Of a stretch of DNA of 64,000 nt, positions 56,704-64,000 are shown piece by piece (position 1 is the first letter of the stretch; each line of letters starts with the position of its first letter). The position numbers were made by a program, and so were the translations under genes. Origin of the DNA: Oscillospiraceae bacterium (GTDB lineage: Bacteria; Bacillota; Clostridia; Oscillospirales; Ruminococcaceae); the NCBI GenBank assembly GCA_017436575.1, contig JAFSCU010000008.1, positions 8,116-72,115 of the forward strand, read 5' to 3'. The notes beneath the pieces were generated by a model. The model was not told the origin of the DNA, ran no database searches, and worked only from the letters and a program-made list of their open reading frames with translations.

Positions 56704-57603
56704 ATGCCTATACCAATGATTATTTTATTTGTTCTTATTATTATTTTACTTGCTACCAACATCGTTATTGTTCCACAGGCAGCACAGTTTGTTGTTGAAC
56801 GTCTGGGTGTTTACAGCGCAACCTGGAACGCAGGTATCCATGTGAAAATTCCGTTTATCGACAGAATTGCAAAGCGTGTATCCCTGAAAGAACAGGTGGT
56901 AGATTTTGCACCACAGCCTGTTATCACACGAGACAACGTTACAATGCAGATAGACACAGTTGTGTTTTTCCAGGTTACAGACTCCAAACTGTACACATAC
57001 GGTGTGGAAAGACCTATTTCCGCCATTGAAAACCTGACAGCCACAACCCTGCGTAACATCATTGGTGAACTGGAACTGGACCACACTCTCACATCCCGTG
57101 ATGTTATCAACAGCCAGATTACATCCCTGCTGGACGAAGCAACTGACCGCTGGGGTATCAAAGTAAACCGTGTTGAACTGAAAAACATTATTCCTCCGCA
57201 CGAAATTCAGGACGCAATGGAAAAACAGATGAAAGCTGAACGCCAGCGCCGTGAAGCTATCCTGCGTGCAGAAGGTGAAAAACGCAGTGCTATCCTGGTG
57301 GCAGAAGGCGAAAAAGAATCTGCTATCCTGCGTGCAGACGCTATCAAAGAACAGAAAATCAGAGAAGCTGCCGGTGAAGCCGAAGCTATCCTGACAGTTC
57401 AGCGCGCTATGGCAGAATCTATCCGTATGCTGAACGAAGCTGACCCAAGCCAGAAAGTTCTGACTCTCCGCAGCCTTGAAACTCTGCAGAAAGTTGCAGA
57501 CGGCAAATCTACAAAACTGATTATCCCAAGTGAAATTGCAAATCTGGGCGGTCTGGTAGCCAGTGTAAAAGAACTGGCAAGCGACACAGAAAAAGCTGAA
57601 TAG
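56704..57603 (+). CDS. SPFH/band-7 (stomatin/slipin-like) protein
   Basis: 299 aa. N-terminal TM helix, SPFH core ..VVPQAAQFVVERLGVY.., and a coiled-coil tail with AILRAEGEK repeats. Confidence 0.9.
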   Translation: MPIPMIILFVLIIILLATNIVIVPQAAQFVVERLGVYSATWNAGIHVKIPFIDRIAKRVSLKEQVVDFAPQPVITRDNVTMQIDTVVFFQVTDSKLYTYGVERPISAIENLTATTLRNIIGELELDHTLTSRDVINSQITSLLDEATDRWGIKVNRVELKNIIPPHEIQDAMEKQMKAERQRREAILRAEGEKRSAILVAEGEKESAILRADAIKEQKIREAAGEAEAILTVQRAMAESIRMLNEADPSQKVLTLRSLETLQKVADGKSTKLIIPSEIANLGGLVASVKELASDTEKAE

Positions 57604-57615
57604 TTAATAAAATAT

Positions 57616-57642
57616 ACAGGCGTGGTTACCACGCCTGTTTTT
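57616..57642 (+). terminator. intrinsic terminator
   Basis: ACAGGCGTGG-TTAC-CACGCCTGT followed by TTTTGTTT. Confidence 0.8.
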
Positions 57643-57722
57643 GTTTAAATTACAGAATAGTCACAAATGTTTAATTGTTTATATGGCTGTGGTATAATGG
57701 TGGCAAAGCAAGGAGGCGGAAT

Positions 57723-59432
57723 ATGAAAAAACTGATTGTTATACTGGCTATGATATTGGCCTTTACTGCCTGTGGACAGACGAATACAGAGAACAGTGAA
57801 CCGGAGCCATCTGTATCGCCATCACCTGAAGCAGAGTTTGTTACCGTTGATTCTGCGATTAATATACTCAGTGTTGAAAAAATTAAAATACTGAAAAGCC
57901 AGGGTGTTACCGCTACTGTTATAGGTAAAACTGGTGAAGATAAAACCTATATATGTCTGGAAAAAGATGAAAACCAACTGATGATAGAATACGACTACAA
58001 TAACCCTGTCACGGTGAATTACTGGGGTGGGAATATTATTGTGGTGCAGCCTGATGGTCTGGAATACTATTCCATTGATAATTTCCACTATGTGGATACC
58101 TTTACTGTAACAGATTTTACAGGCAGACTTATCGATGCCATTCCCCATGGGCATGGCTTTATGGCGGCCTATGTAGACGGTAAAGAATATGGCTTTGCAA
58201 AATTCAAAGCCAGTGGCGGCTTTATGTATAAACTGCCATTGGAACTTGAAAATCCCTTTGTGGACAGCGAAGGTAAAATAGTCGGAAAAACCTTTCTTAC
58301 ATATATAGACAAAAACCAGTATTATACAGACCAGTCACAGAAACAGCTGTTGTTTGCAATTGGCGGAATTAAGGATATGTCAGCAGAAAATAACAGTTTT
58401 ATTTATGATTTGTCAGACAATACTGCACATTATTTCAAGGTTATTGGCAGTGATACCGATGATAACGGCGGTGTGTATATGATTGCTGCTGCTGATAAAT
58501 ATTCTGGCCATGAAATAGGTGACGATATACCGGCAAAGGTATTCAGACTGTATAATGGTGACCCAACAGGTTATATTGAATTTGATGCAGGTTTGCTGAT
58601 GGGTGGATTTTTTGACTTTGACGGGGTGGAAGTGGCACACCCTGATGAAAATAAGGTAGAGTTCCGCTCACTGAACAGCGACCATATTATTACCGCAGAC
58701 TTTGCAAAAAGAAAAGTAAGCAGCACCATATCAAAACAGATGATTGAAAATGGTCTGGAAAGATTATATTCCAATTCTGCTGACGGCAGATACAGCCTGT
58801 GGAAAGGAAATGGTGAAGGCGGCGGAGATGTAGTAATCAATTCCATATATCTGGTGGAAAATGCAACAGGTGATGTGAAATATATCGATACAATCGGCGG
58901 TATGTATGGTGGCAGTGAAAGTGCTGGCTTTTTCTCCAATGGGGATGTGTACACCATTGGTCTGGACGAATTCAAAGTATTTACCACAGATATGTCACAG
59001 CAGGGACCTGTTTTTGAAATGAGCAAAAATTTCCCATTGGGTGATGATGCTGTGGAGAAAGGCGGTTTCCGCCATCTGCTTTCCGCCCGCCGCGACCCTG
59101 CCACACAGTCCTGGGTGGTACTGTATAACGAAGCACCTTATCAGGCTGATGCAAATGACTGGTATATGGATGGCGATTTAGGATATAATTTCTATAAATC
59201 CACATACAAAGTTGGCATTCTTGACCCTCAGGGCAATCTGACCAAAGTATATGATACAGGCGAATATGTAATGACCTATGCTTTCAGACAGATAAAAATG
59301 CATATGGAAACCGGAGATATACTGTATTTCAGTGTACTGCACAAAGGTACAAACCCACATCTGGAAGGAAAAATAGACCTGAAAACAGGTGAATATACCT
59401 GTATCAGCGGTGGTTACAATGAGTGGAAATAA
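57723..59432 (+). CDS. 569-aa lipoprotein of unknown function
   Basis: Trimmed to the ATG at 57723 behind AAGGAGG. MKKLIVILAMILAFTAC-GQ lipobox. The mature part is rich in Gly/Asp/Tyr and looks beta-rich. Confidence 0.7.
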   Translation: MKKLIVILAMILAFTACGQTNTENSEPEPSVSPSPEAEFVTVDSAINILSVEKIKILKSQGVTATVIGKTGEDKTYICLEKDENQLMIEYDYNNPVTVNYWGGNIIVVQPDGLEYYSIDNFHYVDTFTVTDFTGRLIDAIPHGHGFMAAYVDGKEYGFAKFKASGGFMYKLPLELENPFVDSEGKIVGKTFLTYIDKNQYYTDQSQKQLLFAIGGIKDMSAENNSFIYDLSDNTAHYFKVIGSDTDDNGGVYMIAAADKYSGHEIGDDIPAKVFRLYNGDPTGYIEFDAGLLMGGFFDFDGVEVAHPDENKVEFRSLNSDHIITADFAKRKVSSTISKQMIENGLERLYSNSADGRYSLWKGNGEGGGDVVINSIYLVENATGDVKYIDTIGGMYGGSESAGFFSNGDVYTIGLDEFKVFTTDMSQQGPVFEMSKNFPLGDDAVEKGGFRHLLSARRDPATQSWVVLYNEAPYQADANDWYMDGDLGYNFYKSTYKVGILDPQGNLTKVYDTGEYVMTYAFRQIKMHMETGDILYFSVLHKGTNPHLEGKIDLKTGEYTCISGGYNEWK

Positions 59433-59449
59433 CTGAATATTGCAAAAGA

Positions 59450-59478
59450 AGACAAGGCAATTTGCCTTGTCTTTTTTT
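59450..59478 (+). terminator. intrinsic terminator
   Basis: AGACAAGGCA-ATT-TGCCTTGTCT followed by TTTTTTT. Confidence 0.8.
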
Positions 59479-59553
59479 GTTTGCGGGAAAAACAGGGGAA
59501 TTTTATGGGAAAAAGACGGGATGAACAGGCTGATATACAGGGGTAAGATAAAA
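59474..59553 (+). promoter_or_regulatory. conserved upstream element, copy B (upstream of the head module), with an internal ~22-nt duplication
   Basis: TTTTGTTTGCGGGAAAAACAGGGGAATTTTATGGGAAAAAGACGGGATGAACAGGCT is followed 12 nt later by TAAGATAAAA. Confidence 0.4.
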
Positions 59554-59595
59554 GCGTAATCCACACAGGTGGAAATAATCAAAGGAGGTAGAAAT

Positions 59596-59928
59596 ATGGA
59601 AAACAAAGAAATGGACTGGAAACTGGAAGAAGAAACACAGCAGCCAGTGAAAGAAAAAACACAGGAAAGCAAAATTGACAAAACTGCACTGGCTGATTTT
59701 ATTCTTTCAAAAATTCCGGAAGAATTGGTAGAAATGCTGGAAGAAGGCGAAAGCCCCCAGACACTGATTACCCTGTGGGAAAACAGAATGCTGAAAAAAG
59801 AAAATCAGGCACTGAAAAACCGCCTGGCAAAAGCAGGCGGCAAACCACTGAAACTGGCCAGCGAAGGCGGCGAAACTGAAAAAGACCCATTTGTTGCAGG
59901 TTTTATTCAGGCAATGGACAACTACTAA
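59596..59928 (+). CDS. phage scaffold-like protein (acidic, coiled-coil)
   Basis: 110 aa from the ATG at 59596 behind AAAGGAGG. Acidic/coiled-coil composition and a position directly upstream of the capsid gene. The call is by context only. Confidence 0.45.
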   Translation: MENKEMDWKLEEETQQPVKEKTQESKIDKTALADFILSKIPEELVEMLEEGESPQTLITLWENRMLKKENQALKNRLAKAGGKPLKLASEGGETEKDPFVAGFIQAMDNY

Positions 59929-59949
59929 ACAGAAAAGGAGAAATGAAAA

Positions 59950-61002
59950 ATGGCAACAAATCTTTTTACTCTCAACAGTGAAGTGCCTATGACAGCTTTC
60001 ACCCGTGAAAGTCTGGTGGCAGGCAGACTGTGCAATGACTATGATTTTTCAGGTGCAAAAACCGTAAGAGTCCTTACACCTATCACTGTTGCAATGAACA
60101 CTTACAAACGCACAGGCACAAACAGATACGGCACACCGTCAGAAATGCAGGATATTATTCAGGATATGACACTGACCCAGGACCGCAGTTTTGCCATCAC
60201 AATTGACAAAGGCAATGACGCTGACCAGAATTTTGCAAAAAATGCCGGCAAAATGCTGATGCTGCAGATTCAGGAACGCGCAGTGCCGGAATTTGACACT
60301 TATGTACTGAACAAGCTGGCAACAAAAGCAGGGTTTGTGGTGGGTGATGCACAGCCGCTGACAAAGGATAATATCTGTGACCGAATCAGCAATGCCACTG
60401 CACAGCTGGATGACAAGGAAGTGCCTGCATACGACAGAATGCTGTTTGTTTCCACAAACACATACCGACTGCTGAAACATTCCCCGGAATTTATGGCTGT
60501 ACAGGAACTGGGCAAGGAAGCGCTGACAAAAGGTGTGGTAGGTATGTATGACAATATGCAGGTTATCAAAGTACCTGCTCCACGCTGGCCTGCCAATGTG
60601 AACTTTATGATTGTTCACAAAAATGCTGCCACAGCACCTGTAAAAATCAGCGAAACAAAACTGCATAAAGACCCACCGGGTATTTCCGGTCATCTGCTGG
60701 AAGGCAGGGAATACTATGACTGCTTTGTTTTCGGTCAGCGTGCCTGGGGTGTGTATGCAGAGATTGACACAGCAGAAGGCAAAGGCATTGTCTGTGCATC
60801 GCCTGCCATTGCTTCAAGCGGTGCCCTTACCTCAGAAACATCAGGTGTAAAATTTTACTATACCATTGACGGTTCTGATCCTCGTTATTCATCCACGGCG
60901 ATGCAGGGGTCCAGTGCCTATGCTTCTTCAGGTACAACTGTAAAAGCATACTGTACAAAAACAGGCTGCTATGATTCAGCTGTAACAGAACATAAATTTT
61001 AA
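59950..61002 (+). CDS. phage major capsid protein with a C-terminal Ig/CHB_HEX_C-like decoration domain
   Basis: 350 aa, AAAGGAG RBS. The N-terminal ~270 aa are capsid-like (..DYDFSGAKTVRVLTP...TLTQDRSFAITIDKGNDADQNF..). The tail ..VKFYYTIDGSDPRYSS...TVKAYCTKTGCYDSAV resembles chitobiase/hexosaminidase C-terminal-type beta-sandwich domains. Confidence 0.65.
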   Translation: MATNLFTLNSEVPMTAFTRESLVAGRLCNDYDFSGAKTVRVLTPITVAMNTYKRTGTNRYGTPSEMQDIIQDMTLTQDRSFAITIDKGNDADQNFAKNAGKMLMLQIQERAVPEFDTYVLNKLATKAGFVVGDAQPLTKDNICDRISNATAQLDDKEVPAYDRMLFVSTNTYRLLKHSPEFMAVQELGKEALTKGVVGMYDNMQVIKVPAPRWPANVNFMIVHKNAATAPVKISETKLHKDPPGISGHLLEGREYYDCFVFGQRAWGVYAEIDTAEGKGIVCASPAIASSGALTSETSGVKFYYTIDGSDPRYSSTAMQGSSAYASSGTTVKAYCTKTGCYDSAVTEHKF

Positions 61003-61027
61003 TTGAAATAAAATAATAATTCCCCAC

Positions 61028-61051
61028 AAGGCGGCTGGAAACAGTCGCCTT
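61028..61051 (+). other. GNRA-capped hairpin immediately 3' of the capsid gene
   Basis: AAGGCGGCTG-GAAA-CAGTCGCCTT, 10 bp with one G-U pair and no U-tract. Confidence 0.4.
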
Positions 61052-61071
61052 AATAAAAAGAAAGGATAAAT

Positions 61072-61449
61072 ATGACAGCATACGAAATAATTGGCAAAGG
61101 CTTTGCGCTTGCCGGGGAATATCTGGATATGTTTCCTGATAAACAACTGGCCATAACCTGGCTGAATATATCACTGGCGGAAAGCCTGGTGGCAGAAAAC
61201 CATATCCGACAGTATAAAAACACTGAACAGCTGTCACGGCCGGTTGTGGTGAAAAACCTGTCTGATAATGTGGATTTTGATATTGGCCTGTGCAGTATAG
61301 CACTGCCTTATGGTCTGGCCAGCTATCTGTCAGCCGACAGGGAGGATAGTTATATGTCTGCTATTTTCAGAAACAGGTTTGTCACCGCATTGCAAAATGT
61401 GTCGAAAGCCAGGGAAAGTACAATATCTGATTTATATGGAGGTGCATAG
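61072..61449 (+). CDS. phage structural-module protein of unknown function
   Basis: 125 aa, AAAGGA RBS. Lies between the capsid gene and the 620-aa structural gene, and its stop overlaps the next start. Confidence 0.5.
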   Translation: MTAYEIIGKGFALAGEYLDMFPDKQLAITWLNISLAESLVAENHIRQYKNTEQLSRPVVVKNLSDNVDFDIGLCSIALPYGLASYLSADREDSYMSAIFRNRFVTALQNVSKARESTISDLYGGA

Positions 61450-63311
61450 TGAAAAAAGAGCCTTATGGAAAAAAGCGGAATAAAAATATATATGTTTACA
61501 ACCGTTTCAAAGGTGTGGACTATGCCCATGCCCCTGCAAATATTTCACCACAGCGATGTGTGGATGGGATAAACATGGTGCGCAGTGAAGTAGGCAAAGT
61601 GACCAAACGCACCGGCTTTGAATATGACAGCCATGTATGGAAAGAAAAAATAAACGGCATACATTTTTTGCAGAAAGATGATGAAAGAGTGTGCCTTATA
61701 CATTGCGGTACAAGATTTTATCTCAATGACAGGGTGATTTATTCACAGGCGGCAGATAGCTTCAGCCAGGCGGTCCAGCTGAAAGACAGCCTTTACATTC
61801 TGGACGGTAAAAGTTTTATGGTTTTTGATGGCAGTAAAATCAGCAATGTAAAAGATAATCCTTTTGTTCCGCTGACCTGCACAGGACGCAGCCCCAAAGG
61901 CGGCGGCAAAAACTGGCAGCAGCCAAATATGCTTACTGACAAAAGGACCGAAGGCTTTGTTTCTGACGGTGAATCCACTGTGTATATACTGTCACAGCGG
62001 TATATATCTGATGACAACGTGACAGTGAGAATAGAAAATGACAATGGCACGCAGACAGATATGACTGAGAACCATGGTTTCACCGTTGACAGGGTGGCAG
62101 GTACAGTCACATTTGAGACACCGCCACCGCTTTCAAAAAACACAGGAAAGGATAATGTATACATCACATATTCAAAATCCACAGGGGCTGACAGGAATAT
62201 TCTGGATAAATGCAGGGTAATCACTGTTTTTGGTGCAGGAGGAAAGCCGGACACGCTGTTTTTATCCGGTCATCCGGACTATCCCGGCCGAGAGTGGTTT
62301 TCTCAAAGGGATAACCCACGGCTTTTCAGTGTGGGCAACACAGACCTGGCAGGCAGTGACAATTCCCCTGTAATAGGTTATACGGTGAAAAACAGCAGTT
62401 TGTTTGTACACAGGAAAGACAACGAAAGAGGGCTTAATATTATTGTGCGCCAGTGCAATGGCGGCGACGAGAAATACTTTTCATACCCTGTCAGCGACAG
62501 TTTACAGGGGCCTTCTGCGGTGGCGGCTGACACCTTTGTAAATATGGCCAACGATGCACTGTTCCTGACAGAAAAGGGTATCTATGCCATTACACAAAAA
62601 GACACGGGTCAGGACCATTATACCCAGCTGCGCAGTCTGTTTATAAACAGGAAACTGCTGGCCAACAAGGCACTTTCAAAGGCGGTGGCTACCGCCTATA
62701 ACGATTTTTATGTACTGGCAGTAGGCAATGAAATCTTTTTGCTGGACACATTGCAGAAAAGTTATGAAGAAGACAAGGAGTATTCAAACTATCAGTATGA
62801 ATGTTATCACTGGAAGATAGAGCCACAGGTAAGGCTGCTGTTTGTGCAGGATGGCAGGCTGTGCTTTGCCACAGAAGACGGCAGAATAGGCAGGTTTTAC
62901 ACCGACTATGACAATCCTGAAAGTTTCAATGATAACGGCAAAGCCATAAAAGCTGTGTGGCAGACAGGTAATTTTACAGGAGATATGACCCACAGAAATA
63001 AAAATATCTTTTGGTTGTGGGTGGTATGTGCCACCGCCCTGCGAACAGGCGTCAGGGTGCAGGCACAGATAAAGGGTGTATGGACAGACCTGTTCAGCGA
63101 TATGACTACAGGACGATTTTTTCAGTGGTCTGCAATACAGTGGTCAAAATTCACCTGGTCCACCGACAAAACACCAAAGCTGATGAAACGCACAGTAAGA
63201 ATAAGAAATGTGGACAAAACAGCATTCAGGCTGGAAAACAGCGAACTAAATGAACCTTTTGGCCTTTATGAACTGGGGTTTGAATATACGACAGGGTCTT
63301 ATTACAGATAA
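61449..63311 (+). CDS. 620-aa phage structural protein (tail/adaptor-type, family not recognised)
   Basis: GTG start 8 nt after GGAGG, overlapping the upstream TAG. Beta-rich with repeated G-x-[IL]-[YF] strands. Not obviously a portal. Confidence 0.55.
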   Translation: MKKEPYGKKRNKNIYVYNRFKGVDYAHAPANISPQRCVDGINMVRSEVGKVTKRTGFEYDSHVWKEKINGIHFLQKDDERVCLIHCGTRFYLNDRVIYSQAADSFSQAVQLKDSLYILDGKSFMVFDGSKISNVKDNPFVPLTCTGRSPKGGGKNWQQPNMLTDKRTEGFVSDGESTVYILSQRYISDDNVTVRIENDNGTQTDMTENHGFTVDRVAGTVTFETPPPLSKNTGKDNVYITYSKSTGADRNILDKCRVITVFGAGGKPDTLFLSGHPDYPGREWFSQRDNPRLFSVGNTDLAGSDNSPVIGYTVKNSSLFVHRKDNERGLNIIVRQCNGGDEKYFSYPVSDSLQGPSAVAADTFVNMANDALFLTEKGIYAITQKDTGQDHYTQLRSLFINRKLLANKALSKAVATAYNDFYVLAVGNEIFLLDTLQKSYEEDKEYSNYQYECYHWKIEPQVRLLFVQDGRLCFATEDGRIGRFYTDYDNPESFNDNGKAIKAVWQTGNFTGDMTHRNKNIFWLWVVCATALRTGVRVQAQIKGVWTDLFSDMTTGRFFQWSAIQWSKFTWSTDKTPKLMKRTVRIRNVDKTAFRLENSELNEPFGLYELGFEYTTGSYYR

Positions 63312-63320
63312 GGAGGTACA

Positions 63321-64000
63321 ATGAAACTTAGGAAAATTACAGAGGCAGACTTGCAGGGTGTAGGTGTAATAGGTATGGAAGACACACCGAATCTGTCCGC
63401 CCTTGAAATGCAGAAAAAGGTGGAAGAAGTGGTAAGGGAAGTGGTAATACCGGCAATAAATGCAAATGTAGATGCCACAGCTTCAAAAGAAGACCTGAGA
63501 ATGGCAGTGTTCAATGCAGGTGCTGGTGATATGCAGGCACAGGGGTATGACAGTGATCTTGACGGTGTGGTAAACCGGGCAGACAACGGATTTTTCACAT
63601 ATATGCACACAAGGTCAGGCAGTACCCACAGTCTGACAGGCAGTGGCGACAATATTAAGTTTTTGTCAGCTGCCGGTTATTCAGAAGGTGACGGCTTTAC
63701 GATAAACGGCGTTAAGGTAACAGCACAGCTGATAAACGGTGAAAGCCTGCCTGACGGATTTTTTAAAAGCGGTATGGTGGTTAACTGTTTCCGAAATGGT
63801 GATAACATAAATTTTAATGGAGGTGGAGCAGGCAATATACTGAATTTCAAGATAGTGGGTGGTACCAGCCAGCCTGTTTCACCGGCAGAAAACACTATCT
63901 GGGTAAATACGGCAGCGGCTATCAGCGGATATACTCTCGGCAGCGCCCGGATACCTTCCGGTACAGCACGGGAAGGCTGGGTGCATATCACTGCCCGGGC
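63321..64000 (+). CDS. phage fibre/receptor-binding-like protein (partial, continues beyond the window)
   Basis: Absent from the ORF track because there is no stop. ATG at 63321 behind AGGAGG (63311-63316). MKLRKITEADLQGVGVIGMEDTPNLSALEMQKKVEEVV... The frame stays open to position 64000. Confidence 0.5.
   Translation, partial: MKLRKITEADLQGVGVIGMEDTPNLSALEMQKKVEEVVREVVIPAINANVDATASKEDLRMAVFNAGAGDMQAQGYDSDLDGVVNRADNGFFTYMHTRSGSTHSLTGSGDNIKFLSAAGYSEGDGFTINGVKVTAQLINGESLPDGFFKSGMVVNCFRNGDNINFNGGGAGNILNFKIVGGTSQPVSPAENTIWVNTAAAISGYTLGSARIPSGTAREGWVHITAR

Larger units (their letters stand above)
53090..64000 (+). mobile_element. phage-derived late-gene region (prophage remnant or domesticated phage-like element); right end lies beyond the window
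   Basis: Terminase, scaffold-like, capsid, large structural and fibre-like genes all lie on the + strand. No integrase, repressor or replication genes are seen. Four non-phage membrane genes are embedded. Confidence 0.6.

Noticed and set aside
57241-57340. Periodic ~33-nt repetition (GCTATCCTGCGTGCAGAAGGTGAAAAA...).
   Set aside because: It encodes the AILRAEGEK heptad-like repeats of the SPFH coiled-coil tail, a normal feature of stomatin/slipin proteins.
1-64000. Scan for CRISPR arrays, tRNA/rRNA/tmRNA genes, IS elements, integrases, toxin-antitoxin pairs and known defence-system signatures (restriction-modification, CBASS, Thoeris and similar).
   Set aside because: I saw no regularly spaced direct repeats, tRNA-like T-arm/acceptor patterns, transposase or recombinase motifs, or characteristic defence domains. 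This is a by-eye negative, so dedicated tools should still be run.

Overview
This is a gene-dense 64-kb chromosomal segment from a spore-forming Firmicute of the class Clostridia (spoIIR and spoIIID are present). The exact taxon cannot be determined from the sequence alone. I count about 60 protein genes. By eye I found no rRNA, tRNA, CRISPR array, IS element, integrase or transposase.

Positions 1-53 kb are core housekeeping DNA:
- a MacroD-type macro domain gene (partial) and an adenosine deaminase / amidohydrolase / C-S lyase cluster;
- a truncated KdpD/KdpE-like two-component pair, then marR and spoIIR;
- L20 leader-infC-rpmI-rplT, and dprA-topA-trmFO;
- plsX-rnc-radical SAM-smc-ftsY-rdgB;
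- yhbY-nadD::yqeK fusion-LCP-rsfS-leuS, and rpsU;
- a peptide-utilisation neighbourhood with two AbgB-like M20 enzymes, M24 and M28 peptidases and an orphan family-5 binding lipoprotein;
- a histidine phosphatase followed by two nucleoside 2-deoxyribosyltransferase-like genes;
- yqeG, efp, a CD1247-like His/Cys-rich protein, spoIIID, and a PhoR/OmpR-type two-component system.

From about 53.1 kb to the window end there is a phage-derived late-gene cluster with an unusual layout. A truncated small-terminase-like ORF and an intact large terminase abut host genes directly, with no lysogeny or replication module. A 4.6-kb block of membrane genes (YibE/F, NfeD, SPFH, a large lipoprotein) sits where a portal gene is expected. 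Scaffold-like, capsid and tail-type genes then follow. The two phage modules are preceded by homologous non-coding segments of about 40 nt.

Other points worth a second look are GC-rich multi-hairpin spacers, an unassigned terminator-containing leader upstream of an ArsB/NhaD-type transporter, and the phosphatase + tandem NDT-like operon. All functional calls rest on recognisable motifs and synteny read by eye. No database search was run.
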